From Sphyrna mokarran (lineage: Eukaryota), in assembly GCA_024679065.1 (NCBI GenBank), contig JAGIQG010000003.1, forward strand, positions 103,788,001 to 103,852,000: 64,000 nucleotides of DNA, in the 5' to 3' direction. A program made the position numbers and the translations under genes. Of the stretch, positions 1 to 13,953 are shown in pieces (positions within the stretch are counted from its first letter, which is position 1; each line of letters begins with the position of its first letter). The notes below the pieces were generated by a model. The model saw only the letters and a program-made list of their open reading frames with translations, did no database searches and was not told where the DNA came from.

Positions 1-124
1 TGCTCTCTATGTGATCTAACATTTTAAGTATATAGATTCCCACTAGACATAATCTGAATGAAATGCAAGTGCACTCAGGAGAGAGTTTATCACTTTGATT
101 TAATATACACTTTTATTTATAAGG

Positions 125-323
125 TCAGCTGATTGGCCATAGTCCAAGTGTTAAAGAGGGACAAGAACTTATGTAGCTTGACGTGCACCGTTCTGCATCA
201 AGCGTGGGGCAAGGCAAGGATACAGCTCTCCACGATCTACCTCATTGGGAGAGAGATCGGAATCACACTGTTGGCATCATTCTGCATTATTGTGTAGCCA
301 TCTAGCCAACTGTGCTAACTGAC
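125..323 (-). mobile_element. tRNA-derived SINE, third family, old copy
   Basis: Ends AGCCATCTAGCCAACTGTGCTAAC (A-box on the minus strand); similar to 30961-31160. Confidence 0.55.
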
Positions 324-1557
324 AATCTTTTTCTTTGTTGATATGGGTATTATTAGACTGTGACTCACTTGCTTTCACTTTTACCAGTGCTGGAACTAAT
401 ACAAAGGAATTAAAAGGTAAATTTGTTGACTATAGGCATACAGAGCGAGCAGATATTTTCATTTTCTCCATTGGAACTTCAGCAAGTATCGTCATGCAGT
501 TTTCATTTCTGAAATGGCTGTAGCAAATATTTATAAATTTTAATGCTGCAGATGTACTTTATTTATTGTTTGACAAAAAAACTGCCATGATATTGTATTT
601 TGTGCATTTACAGTCTTTCAGGTGTAGAGGGAAATATAGAAAATGTATTGGAAATGTCTCCTCCTACATTTCCTCACCAGTAGAGTTGAAGGAGTGTTGA
701 ATATATACCATGGTTACAGATGTGCCAAATGATGATGTATGTTAGCTCTGAAACGTTTTATATATCATTGCATATGTAAATTTGTACACATAGTTACCTA
801 TATTTTATGCATACTTAAAATGTAATTATTTCAAATATTTATTCCATGCTTCAGTATTTAATATGGAAGAACTATTTTTAGTCTTGAGTAGTGCCTGATG
901 ATATATAAATAGGGGAATTAAATTTGGGGACTTGGCAGGCGCAGAATTATCCAACCATTATACCTATTTAAATGACACAAAAGGAATGTATCCCATTGCT
1001 TATTTTCTACTAAAATCACCAGGTATAAATATAATTTCATGTCAAATTATTAGAACTAAAAATAAGATGAATTTTAGGCAGAATATTGAGGATTAAGGTT
1101 ATTTAACAAGTAATTATTAAAGATGTAATATTGTTTGGAAGCAGCTATGAATTATTGTTTTTGTTTCTATGGCTGCAGGGGCCATTTCAAACAATTGGCC
1201 TTGGTCCCATGTTCTCTGGTGAAGGGCTTATTGCCAGAGGAATATAGTGTTTAACCACATGATTATTTTTCTGATAGATGATGCAGGGAAGACAGCTAAA
1301 ACAATGTGCAATGTTCTGAAAAGCAGTTGCGTGAAAATTTTGATTTGTAATCTGGATGGTGCAACTCAATTTCTTTGGAGCTCATACATCACAATTTTAA
1401 CCATTTAACAACACAAGATGCTAATGGGAGACTTCATTTAATAGTGCTCAGTGGTGCAGTTATGTAATATGCTTGTATAGTTTACATGCCTTATGACCGC
1501 ACAACTGTAGATTTATATCAAATGCAAATAGAGTAAATTAAACCCTTATGTCTCAGT

Positions 1558-1598
1558 CCCCCCCCCCACCTCTCTCTCTCTTTCTGTCTCTCTTTTCC
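1558..1598. repeat. Poly-C plus (CT)n microsatellite
   Basis: Directly visible. Confidence 0.8.
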
Positions 1599-3024
1599 CT
1601 GGCTTAAAATGAGCAATTTTACCTACGGTACAAATCTATTGCAAATTTCGCACTGTATTGGCAATTTTACTCAGAAGCCACAATGATGGCTGAGGCAAAA
1701 GCAGGAAGATGCTTAACTATGCAGTCAAGAGATTGCTGCTGCAGCACATATTTGGATTGTAAGTGTTCTTGACTGGAGATTACCCAAACTGCATGATGTT
1801 GATATGGAAGATGTTCAGTACCTCAGCGATAACATCCTTTACCATCTCAAACGCAAAAGATGCCCAGAAAAAGGATTTGTGAAATCCTGATTGGTTGCTA
1901 TGGGAATTTTACTGCTATAAGATGTCCCCTGATGTGCACAAATTAGCAAGGAAATGTCAAGTGCTTCAGGGTGGTCTTTTGGATTGGGAGAGGTCAGGAT
2001 TACCAGAGTTGATACCAGGTTTTAATACACACAGAGCAAGTGAATTGCATGTCATGGTAAAGTAAAAAATAGAAAATGCCGATCACATTGAGTACCTTTG
2101 ACACAGTTTTCACGTTTGACCCATTTTTGTTTAAATATAGGCCATTGCACCTTCCCTGGATAAAAACCTAGAATATTCTACAGAGGAGAAAAAAATTGCT
2201 CCTCTTTCCAGCTGATGTCTGGGCTAAATTCTTATTGCAAAGATTTGGTCACATTTTTTATTCAGTTTATTATTTATTTCAAATGTGGATATTTTGGCCT
2301 AACATCATTATGGAAAGTGCTATCATAGTTATTGGTTCATTCAGTTTCTTTCAGTACATGCTTGAGAGCCAGTTTTGAGAAATTCCAGTCAAGATGTGTG
2401 TTTGTATGAGCACAGAATAATGAGAAATTGACAATCCTGTCTATTTTTTACAGTCATCCTCATAGGACCTTTCAGCAACCATGCATAAATTAATAGATTT
2501 TTTTATATGAAATTTTAGAATGTACACCAATGCACTGAATCAGTGGCCTGTGATGAGCCCATTCTGATTCTGAGCAGACACTCGTATTTGAATGAACTTC
2601 TGACTTAAGGGAAAGCATTCCCTCTTCCGAGTCAGAAGGTGTAACATTCAATCTCCCCTTAACAAGTAGAAGCTGTTGCTCCAGCTCTGAATGCTAGCAA
2701 GATACTCATGTCTGCTAGCTGTGATTGTCCTCTCTCTGTTACCGAACAGATAGTGAGAGCCCATCAACCCTCTTGTCAGTAGGTATAAAGGCAACAATAG
2801 CATGAAGCATTCATGTTTACAGCCTCTGTTACGGTATTGGACCAGAACCCCAACTTGCATTAGAACACCAGGTTAGACGCCAGCAAATTTTCTATTTTGA
2901 CATTAATTTGAGGAAAGGATGCTTCTTTTTAGGACTGTTGCTGCTGGCAAAATATCCCGATATTTTAATAGTGAAATAAATTTTATTTAATAACACAGTT
3001 TAACTATTACGCTAAGAAATAAAG

Positions 3025-3318
3025 AACAGAGAAAATCACAGCACAGGAACAGGCCCTTCCGCCCTCAAGCCTGCAGTGACCAAGCTGCCCAACCTGAACT
3101 AAAACCACTTACCCTTCCGGGTACCATATCGCTCTACTCCCATCTTATTCATGTATTTGTCCAAGCGCTCCTTAAAACTTACTATCGTATCTTTTTCCAT
3201 TACCTCCCCTGGCAGCAAGTGTAAAAAACTTGCCTTGTAAATTTCCTTTAAACCTTGAACCTCACACCTTAAACCTATGCCCCCTAGTAATTGACTCTTC
3301 CGCGCTGGGAAAAAGCTT
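3025..3318 (-). mobile_element. CR1 LINE 3' end
   Basis: ACAGCACAGGAACAGGCCCTT tail and CCTTAAACCTATGCCCCCTAGT (TRGHRFK on the minus strand). Confidence 0.75.
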
Positions 3319-3475
3319 GAAATGAAGCAACTTAATCATGAATAGTAGAACAATATTTGAAAATGAAAAGGAAACAACTTTAACACCTAACTTATCACTG
3401 TTTCATTTCCAAATAAACAACATTACTCTTACAGATTTAAGTGCCGCTTTAAATATAGTCAGCAACCACAACTAT

Positions 3476-3850
3476 GTGATGGCCTAGTGATATCGCTAGA
3501 CCATTAGTTCAGAAACTTATCTAATATTCTGGGGATTCTGAGTTTGAATCCCGCCATGGCAGATGATGGAATTTGAATTCAAGATGTGACCAAATTTTTG
3601 CAAAAAGAAAAATCTGGAATTAAGAATATACTGATGACCATGAAGCCATGGTCAATTGTCAGAGAAAACCCATCTGGTTCATTAATATTGTTTAGGGAAG
3701 AAATCTTGCCATCCTTATCTGGTCTGGCCTATATGTGACTCCAGAGCCATGGCAATGTGGTTGACTCTCAACTGCCTTCCGACAGTTTTTCCCAACTAGG
3801 GATGGGCAGTAAATGCTGGCCAGCCAGCAATGCCCATATCTTCAAAAAAG
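3476..3850 (+). mobile_element. tRNA-derived SINE, second family (name uncertain)
   Basis: GTTTGAATCCCGCCATGGCAGATG, CCATCTGGTTCATTAAT, GGTCTGGCCTATATGTGACTCCAG, GGGATGGGCAGTAAATGCTGGCC; related to 15322-15918 and 50484-50817. Confidence 0.75.
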
Positions 3851-4899
3851 AGTTTTGATGTTTTCAGAGAGAGTTTGAATTCCAGAAATCTGCAGAATCC
3901 TTCTAACTTCATCCAGGCTTCAGCTGCAAACCAAACTGCTTTCGTTGAAAAGCCATTTCCCTGCTGTAAGCCACATAATCACATGACACTGTCAATCACT
4001 CTAATCAGAAATCGCAGAGGAACCTAAGCAGGCAAAAATGCATGAACTCTACTTATCATACTCATTTTAGCCTTGCATGTGGTTAATAATCCTGCTCTCC
4101 AAAAATCTGAGCTGCATTCTCATCAGACAAACCAACTGGAACTGAATTTTTAAATTTTCCCTCAAATAAAAACAAAATTCATATCAATTGTATTACTATC
4201 ATCAGATCTGTCAGGCTGTCAGTAGCCCGTGAATCGTTCCACCACTAGATGCTGTCCTCCGAAAGTATGAAACAAAATCCATTTGTCCTTCAGGAAAAAA
4301 AAACTCACTTTGGTGCAAGAAAGACATCTGTTTTTCAATCTACATTTTTACAGGAGCTGACGAATTGATTTTAACTGTCACCTATTATTGTAAACAACAG
4401 ATAATGCCTTTGCTGTCCACAGTTTCCATTTCTGAAAACAATTCAAGGTTCTGGGCATTTATCTTTTCTTCAGCTTTGTACTTGCTTTTCAAGTTGTTTA
4501 TGCTTGCTTCTGAATTAGTTCTGTCTGTGTAGAATTTGCTGTAAATCATTTACTGTATATTATTTATATATTATCTCATTATCTTTGCCTAATTCTACAA
4601 ATAGATGAATTTCTACCCAGTATGTTCAGCCCTGGGGCTAAAAAAGATCAATTATCTTTATAGAATTTGTTCAGTTATTTGTAATCTATCAATCAATCCC
4701 ACCCCAGGTTCCCAATTATAATATCCTGATATCTAAGCATAGATCTTGCCAACTCAAGCCATCAGAGAATCTTTCACTGGCCCAGAACCACTGGGAACAA
4801 ATGTAGCATTTCGTCAATATTTAATACTTTTCACTTAGAAAATCTTTCAATTCATTGTCATAATCGATATGCAAGAACACCTTGCTTTTAAATCACATG

Positions 4900-5215
4900 A
4901 AAATGATGGGGATAAACAGGAAGGACTTGTTTCTCCTAGCTGAGGGGGTCAGCTCTCGGAGGGCATATATTTACAATAATTACAAAGATTAGACAGAACC
5001 TGAGGAAAATTGTCTTTACCCAGAAGGTAGTGGGCATCTGGAATTCACCGTGCAAAATGGTAGCTGAGGCAGAAATGTTCAGCTCATTTAAAAAGGTACC
5101 TGGATCTGTACCTGAAGTGCTACAATCTGCATGGCTATAGACCAGATGCTGGAAAGCGGGAGTGAAATGAATGGCTGGCGCACAAAATGGGCGGAATGAT
5201 CTTTTTTAGTGATTC
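4900..5215 (+). mobile_element. CR1 LINE 3' end, degraded
   Basis: TTTACCCAGAAGGTAGTGGGCATCTGGAATTCAC (FTQKVVGIWNS). Confidence 0.7.
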
Positions 5216-5384
5216 TTGTACAAGTATATGTCTCAAAGCACTAAACCCAGAACAAAAATTATTGAAAGCTTGGTCCCAGAGTTATGTACTGAAGAAGGTT
5301 TTAAAGGTAGCGTGAGATGAAGAGGGTTTTTGAGATGAAATCTTAATATTAGTAAGTTTGTCATCTGTGGATCAGGGAATTGAG

Positions 5385-5619
5385 TAATAAGTCTCACAAC
5401 ACCAGATTAACGTCCAATCAGTTTATTTGATAGTAAACCCACAAACCTTTGGAAACGCTGTTCCTTTGTTAGGTGTATGGAAAGTTCACACACCTGACGA
5501 AGGAACAGCATTTCCAAAAGCTTGTGGGTTTACAATCAAATAAACTTGTTGGACTTTAACCTGGTGTTGTGAGATTTCTTACTGTGTTTACCCCAGTCGA
5601 ACGAGGCATCACCACATCA
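5385..5619. mobile_element. Palindromic non-autonomous Penelope-like element with degenerate hammerhead motif
   Basis: Inverted arms of about 93 bp (5383-5476 and 5490-5583) plus a short tail; CTGACGA at 5494-5500; flanked by direct repeat ATCAGGGAATTGAG (5371-5384 and 5616-5629). Confidence 0.8.
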
Positions 5620-6129
5620 GGGAATTGAGAACAGTGAAGATGTGAGGATGTACAAATCGTCAGAGCTGGGGGAATACAGTGTGCAAGAGAGATTATAGGG
5701 GATAAAAACATAAAAGGCTGATTTTTACCTTTCAGACTCACTAGCAGCATTTGGGAAGCCTGGAAACTTCAGCCGCATTTGGCAGTGGCTTTTTAATCCA
5801 ACTGATGCCTTTGCACCTGACATTTCCTGATCAATTAGAGTCAGCAAAAGTGATAATAACTCGTATTGGTCTATTTCCGCTCCAACATTTAGAATGACTG
5901 TGAGGGTCAGAACTGAAGCATCATGGAAGCCTTATAGCAAAATTAGGTCTACAAAATTCTTAGATGTAGATTCAATGTGAAAAGTTAGCATTGCATTTCT
6001 GATTTCTGCGGATTGCAGGAAGGTTTCAGAAAGCAAGCAGGCATGGCCAATGGCTACTGAGGATGTCAGCAAGAGTGTGATCACTTGCTCCTAGATACAG
6101 AATCACAAGACGTTTAATGATCAAATCAG

Positions 6130-7190
6130 GACAGGAAAGATGAATACCATGGCATGTTCAGATACAAACCCTCTCAATCTGTCTTCCCCAAGCTTCTTCT
6201 GTACATCATTCCCCAAAAAATCTTACAGGTGCACCAATCCTCCCTATCTTTTCACAGCCCCATCTGAGCAGCCACCACAGAGTCTCAGAATCATTACAGA
6301 ACAGAAGGAGGCTGTTCAGCCCATCATGCAAGCACGTGTTCTCTGTTGGAGCAGTTAATCTAGCACCAACTTTTACCATCTCTCCATTACTCTGCACATT
6401 CTTCCTTTACAAATATCAAGCCAGTTACCTCTTGAGTACCTTGATTGAACTTCTCTCCACTGCTCAGGTCGTGCATTCCAGATCCTAACCACTCGTTGCA
6501 TGAAGTAGATTTTCTCATGTCTCTATTGCTTCTTTTGCCAATTACTTTAAACCTGTGGTTCTCAATCCTTCTATCGGTAGGAGCAGTTTTTCTTTAGTTG
6601 CTCAGTCCAGATCCCTCATGATTTTGAATATCTCTATCAAGTCCTCTCTCAACCTTTTCTTCTCCAGGGAAAGCAGCTCCAATTTCTCCAAACTGCCTAT
6701 GCAATTGAAGTTTCTCATCTTTGGAATCATCCTTCCGAATCTTTTCTGCACTAATGCCTTCACATCGGTTCTGAAAGACTGGATACAGTTGAGATTGAAA
6801 CAGTGTTCCATACAAGTTTAATATAATTTCCCTGCACTTATACTCCATGTCCATATTAAAAAACCTAAGATGCCATATGCTTTGTAAACCATGCTCTCAA
6901 CCTATCCTGCCACCTTCAATGATTCATGCACATGCATAGCCAGATCCCTCTGCTGTTGCAACCCTTCAGAACAGTACCCTTTGTTTTACTTTACCTCTCT
7001 GCACTTTTTCTTAAAAAAATTAATAGCTTCACACTTTGCATAAATTTCATCTGCCACTTGTCCACCCATTCCACCACCCTTTGTCCTCTTGAAGTTCTAT
7101 GCCACTCTCCTCACAGTTCACAATCCTTTCAAGTTTTGCATCATACGCAAACTTCAAAATTGTTCTCTGCAAACCAATGTCTGGGTCTTT
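6130..7190 (-). mobile_element. CR1 LINE ORF2 C-terminal fragment(s)
   Basis: Minus-strand ORFs MEYKCREIILNLYGTL and LEKLELLSLEKKRLREDLIEIFKIM. Confidence 0.85.
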
Positions 7191-7245
7191 AATACATGCC
7201 TACTTCTGTTTGACCCATACCAAATTGTTATGCCAGTCTCCCTTG

Positions 7246-7494
7246 CGGGACGGTGGTTAGCGCAAAGGGACCCGGGTTCAATTCTGGCCTCGGGTCCTTC
7301 CCCATGTCTGCTTGGGTTTCTTCTGGGTGCTCTGATTTCCTCCCACAGTCCAAACGTGTGGATTAGTCGGATTGGCCATGCTAAATTGACTCTAATGTGA
7401 GGGGGTTTAGCAGGGTAAATGTGTGGGGTTGTGGTGGTAGTGCCTGGGTGGGATAGTGAGCTGAATGGCCTCCTGTACTGTAGGGATTTTGTGA
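7246..7494 (+). mobile_element. HE1-type V-SINE with CR1-type tail
   Basis: tRNA B-box GGGTTCAATT, V-domain GGGTTTC..GGGTGCTC..TTTCCTCCCACAGTCCAAA, ATTGGCCATGCTAAATT, tail TGAATGGCCTCC..CTGTAGGGATT. Confidence 0.85.
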
Positions 7495-7934
7495 CCTGAT
7501 AGTAAGAAGCTTGCTGTGCAGCTATTACTGTATTAAAAAGCGGTTTTACTCATGGAGGCTGGAAATGATCTGACTGCCCTTTAGCTCTTGATAGAGATGA
7601 AGATAGAAATGATAATTTCAATATATAAACAAGAATAATGAACAGACAGGGAACAGAGAGATACTGAGCAGAGACACAAAGACTAAGGGTCTCAGTGAGA
7701 AAAGTAAGGAGATAGAGTGAGAGGAGAGACTGGATATCAACAAAATTTCATCCTTTGCAGCTTCAAATACTCTGAGGTGAGAAACAATATGTGGACAGTT
7801 GAAGTAATACAAAGACCTGCTGCCAGGCCTTGGATGAGTTAAAAATTGATGGAATGGTCTGATCCCCCTAATAAAATTAATGCTGCTGCAGGAGCTACTC
7901 ATCATGTACTGGGAAAATGTGAAGTCATTCACTC

Positions 7935-8622
7935 TCGTAGAAAAAGTAGAAATGTAATCATTTCTTGAGTGGGGCGAGATTGGAAAGGTTGATATCCAAA
8001 GGAACCTGGATGTCCTTGTTCATAAGATAATGAAAGCCGACATACAAATAGTACATTGGCCTATATTGCAAGGAGTAAAAAAATCTTCCTGCAATTGTGT
8101 AAAGCTATGGTGAGACCTTACCTAGAATGCTGTGTACAATTTTGTTCTCCTTATCTCACGAAGGATAAACTTGCTATAGGGTCAGACTGATTCATAGGAC
8201 ATTATATTTCTCCTACGAGGAGTGAGAGAGGAGGCTGAATCCATATTCTCTCAGATTTAGAAGAATGAGAGATGACCTAATCGAATTGTACAGAATTTTG
8301 ATACGGTTTGACAAGTAGAATGTTGCTCTTGGCTTGCAGTCCAGAACCAGGGGACACAATCTTAGAATAATAGGTAGGCCATTTAGGTCTGATATTAGAA
8401 AGAATTTCTTCACTCAGAGAGTAGTGAATCTTTGAAATTCAGAGGCTGTGGAAGCTTAGTCATTGAATGAATTCATAGAGTATATGAGGTTGGTAGATTT
8501 CTACATATTAAAGATATCAAGGGATATGGAGATAGTGCAATAAAATGGCATTGAGTTAGAAGTTCAGCTATGATCTAATTGAAATGAAGAGTCGAACAGC
8601 TTGCTCTTATTTCCTATGTTCT
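7935..8622 (+). mobile_element. CR1 LINE ORF2 C-terminus and 3' UTR, degraded
   Basis: Remnants of VRPYLECCVQF, RRMRDDLIELY, TRGHNLRI and FFTQRVVNL. Confidence 0.85.
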
Positions 8623-9190
8623 TAAATTGCATCTGAAAATGCACTTGTTTTCCCAAAGTGAAGTTGTGGTTCAGGTTTTCGCTAATATGTTGAACGATTT
8701 ACCCATATAAATATGTGGCGCCATTATCAGTTTCATCAATATACCTTAATAATGTAAGTTTTATTTTCTTATTTGGAACCTTTAAATTTTGCACATAAGC
8801 AAACCAGCTTAATTTGAAGAACTCTCTTAAACGGGCCCAATCAGGAGAACTGCATGTTCTCCAGTGGGAGAGGAGTAATTTGGAACAGAGCATGCATCCA
8901 GTTTTTGAGCAGCCTTCAGCATAGTGCTGATATCCATTTTAAAGAACACAGACATTTTACTTATACTGGATATAATACACATGTAAATTTCCTTGATTTA
9001 TTTTGTGATGTTTGGCCAATTTCATTTGGATTGCACCCAGATGCAACCAGCAGAAGCTCTAGACTACTATTTTGGTAGAATTGGCAAAAACAAGAATGTC
9101 ATTTTAATGTTTTAAATGTAATGGCTGCATTTAATCTGTTACTTCAAGTAAATCAACAAATTCCTTCACTGATGTATTTTGTTCTTTCAG

Positions 9191-9248
9191 AGCTCCCCTC
9201 TGGATGGGAGAAGATAGATGATCCTGTATATGGTGTCTACTATGTTGA
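9191..9248 (+). CDS. MAGI1: MAGI1 exon, first half of WW2 ([20 protein letters not shown])
   Basis: Acceptor ttctttcag|, donor |gtaagt; 58 nt, phase 1 to 2. Confidence 0.96.
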
Positions 9249-10161
9249 GTAAGTGTGTGGATTTCTGTTGTATCTAGAACTGAGACAAATACTGACAATT
9301 AAGTAGAAATCATTGTAATCAAAAATAAAGTTCTCGATTACATTAATTTACCCAGTTTTACTCTATTTATTTTGTGGCTTCGATAAAGCCAGTTTTTCTT
9401 CCTCATTGTTCTATTCTTCTGTCCTCACATTCCTCCCCTTCAGCTTTGTCACAGATTGTGGAGCCCCTCCAGTACCTTACTGTGAAAAGCAGCTGCTCTC
9501 CATTTTTTTAAAACTATTAGTATGAAAAAATATTTGACCTTTGTTTCTTCAGTTTCTGCAATGTTTTCAACACTTTTGTCCATTTCAAAAAAATATATTA
9601 TTTCTTCGTTTGGATTTGCAAGTCTGCTTTCTCAGAAGAAGAAGCCCAACGAGGCATAGAGCTGCTGCTGAAAGACGCCCAGTGATACTCTCTGCTTGAC
9701 TGATGGAAGGCACTCCAACTCCTGATAAATTGTATTTTCCCTTCGTCACTTGTCATGTTTGTTAATTTATTAAACATCACCTCTGCCTATTTGATTAGTC
9801 ACTGACCAATTTCGCAGGTTAACCAGTTGGCTGGTAATATTGTCACATCCCTGAAGATATCACAGATTTTCTGGCTGTACTTTGCATTGTGGCACAGACC
9901 ACAGAAAATGAAGTTGTACGCATCAGAATATTATGGAGCATTTTGGTTATGAGACATTTGTTTAGGTTCTTTATAGTATGTTATACTTTACTGGTAACAT
10001 AAACATACTAATATGAACAGTACATTCCTGGCACCAATGCAACAGAAATGTTGATTTATGTGTTGAGGATATGTATTTTTGTGGAAGTAGGACCTAATAA
10101 GGAATAAGTGCATAGTATATATTTTTGCTATCAGCATCTGAATTTGCTGTTGCTAAATTAG

Positions 10162-10311
<150 letters not shown>

Positions 10312-10663
10312 TGAATTTTCAGAACGTTCAGAAACTTTCATGAGGAAAATCAGATACTTCCAAGTATCTTCTGTACAAGATATTGGCATTAGATGCACCA
10401 TCTATTCAATCATCAGCATGGCATAATATGGCTTGCATACTGCATCTATCCTTCACAAAAAATAACTATCAGGAGCAGTCATAAGTAGCTTTCATTCTAT
10501 TGCCATAAATAAGAAAAAACATGAGCTATTTCAAAATGTTCCCTTATTGTTAAACAAATTATTCTGCAAATAGTAATTGTTGAAAGTGAACCTGCCTTGA
10601 GGTCTCATTGTTGGAGGAAATTGTAGATAAAATTTCTAAATCATATTTTCCTTACTCTTCAAG

Positions 10664-10753
10664 AGTGGACAGAGCAACAAGCATCTCCTGGCCCCAAAGC
10701 TCCAAGCTATGTGCAGAATAATCAGGAATCTTTCAGAGAAGCCCCTGCACAAG
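10664..10753 (+). CDS. MAGI1: MAGI1 exon, WW2-PDZ1 linker (EWTEQQASPGPKAPSYVQNNQESFREAPAQ)
   Basis: Acceptor ctcttcaag|, donor |gtatgt; 90 nt, phase 1-1; EWTE and REAPAQG resemble mammalian EWTE and REVPLQG. Confidence 0.92.
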
Positions 10754-11225
10754 GTATGTTTTGATCTGGCACAAACTTTAATCATTAATAAACTGAAGAT
10801 AACTAGAATAAAAATGAAACAGAATACAATAGATAAAACTTCTTAGTCAAGGGCTATTATGGGTGAGGTTGATTGGGGCAGGGATTTGTGTTTATTTGTT
10901 GTAAAATTACAAGAATTCTGTGCCTGTAACTTCTGCAGAGTAATAGCAGAATATTCAAATTGTCATTTGCAATAAGAAAGGGTTTAAAAACCCTTTAAAT
11001 TAAGACTACACTATCTTAGCAATCACTTTAACAAAGAGTTGATGTCATTTGTATGAACCATAATAGTACCTGTGGACTTTGCAGTTAACTTCAAAAGCGA
11101 AATTGATGTTTCTGAAGACATACTTGTTTGATTTCAACATGTTTAAAATATTTGATAAAGTTGCAATTTCTTTCTCACGTTCCCACACTGAACAGAAACT
11201 ATTTAATTTGAAATCATTTCCCTGA

Positions 11226-11420
<195 letters not shown>

Positions 11421-12142
11421 TGAAAAGAACCATTGTCAATTATATGTATTTAATGATTTATTTTGCAAAGCTTCTCACAAGTACTCACTTTTTGAGTTTC
11501 TGCAATGAGTTGGGCAGATCCGTAGAATGAACTTCTTGCTAACATCAAGGTCCACTTGCGTGGAATGAGGACCAGGACTGGATCTGCCACTCGTTGCCTT
11601 CCCTCTTGAATGCAGTGTTCTCCATTTTGGAGAAAAGGTGAGGATGAATAACAAAGTTTGGGTGCAACTTATTGTGGGAATCAAGCCTGCAATCTGAAAC
11701 AGCACCGAGTCTACTGCAGCCCCTATGAATACCAGGGCCATTGCTTTGCAGTGTGTCTGACTAACTCAGATTGTGCTGTTTTGGGGATCACACTTTGTGG
11801 TACTGCTAGTTTATAATTCAGTTTATGATGATTGAAATGTCAAATTCCATTTTATTCCACAGGATTCGGGAGTCCTCCCACAAAAACTATCAGGAATTCC
11901 CTTGAACATTGCCTGAATTCCTACCTAACTGTTTAACTTGACCTTAGATTATTGATTAGACTCAGTAGATCCATCTTTGGTACTTGAAAGTATTTGATTC
12001 CTGTCATTGTCAAAATATTATGAAAATCGCTACTTTTTTATTGGCATTGCACAACACCATTTGTGAATTAAGTATGTAATTGTGAAGCTAATTGCATAAA
12101 TTAAGCAATTGACAATGCATTAATGGAACTAATCTGTTCTAA

Positions 12143-12799
<657 letters not shown>

Positions 12800-13668
12800 T
12801 GAATCTACTTGCTGATTATTTTTGATATGCATGGCTGAAACTTTTCAACAAAGTCCCATACTGTGCAGCTGATTCCCTCCTGCTCAACATTTCTGGCAAT
12901 CTACAAAAACATGTCTGTATATTCTGAATAATAATAAAATTGCCCTGACTTTGTTGCTTTTGGAGAAATTCTCTATTGCTTCGTATTTGGAAAAAGCATA
13001 TCCACCTGTACTCTGTACTTTGTGTTCATAAATTTATTTTAGAAGTCACACACTAGCTTAAGGTTGCTGGTGGTGAAATCTCTTTACAATTTCGTAGCTT
13101 TAATTGCTTTTGCTGCATTGAATTCTTGTATGCCAGTTATGATAAGAGAACTTGTTAGGTTTAACCTTCTGATTCACTTTTGACAAAGTTATGGTATAAT
13201 AGAATAACTTGATTTGTCCACTCAGTGAACAAAAGTAGTCGGGCTGGGAAAATAACGATGGCAGCTTTGTACAGAAGAGGTGGGAGAAATCTTTGATGTG
13301 CACCCATAATGAGTTTGATTCATGTCTAAGGTTTAATTGATGCAACAATACTAAATGGCCATAGTGACTAGAATTCGATTAGTAAATTGATTCCAACTGC
13401 TGTTGTGGCAAAGGATTATTTTGTCCTTGTTATTGGAATAAATTGAACCATTCAAAGCAAGTCATTAGCCAAAATTAAATATGAGTTTGAAATAAAATCT
13501 GATGATAATGGATGAACATTTAACATATTTATATGGCATTTCTCTGTCTACTATTGAAAATAAATGAGCTAATGTTCTCATAAAAACCAGCAAAATATTA
13601 TATGAATGTTATTATTGCCATGCGTAAGCTCTCTAATTTATATATATAGATTACTCATCTGTATAATA

Positions 13669-13953
13669 GGGCAGCGCGGTGACACTGTGGTTAGGACTGC
13701 TGCCTCACACTGCCAGGGACCTGGGTTCGATACGCAGCTTGAATCACTGTCTCGGTGGAGTTTGTATCTCTCATGTATCTGCGTAGGTTTCCTCCAAGTG
13801 CTCTGGTTTCCCCCCCCACAGTCCAAAGATGTGTAGGTTAGGTGCATAACCATGCTAACTTCTCCCTCAGTGTACCTGAACAGGCACTGGAGTGTGGCAA
13901 CAAGGGGATTTGTACAGTGTTAATGTAAGTCTACTTGTGACATTAATGAATAA
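13669..13953 (+). mobile_element. HE1-type V-SINE with alternative tail
   Basis: tRNA head and V-domain; tail CTCCCTCAGTGTACC...TGTAAGTCTACTTGTGACATTAATGAATAA. Confidence 0.85.

Noticed and set aside
622-684. ctttcag|GTGTAGAGGG... (GVEGNIENVLE) as the optional exon between WW1 and WW2
   Set aside because: No phase-1 donor before the in-frame TAG; resemblance to mammalian GVHTEELDSELE is superficial.
10977-10996. Short hairpin AAAGGGTTT-AA-AAACCCTTT
   Set aside because: A 9-bp AT-rich stem is expected by chance in 64 kb and has no supporting context.
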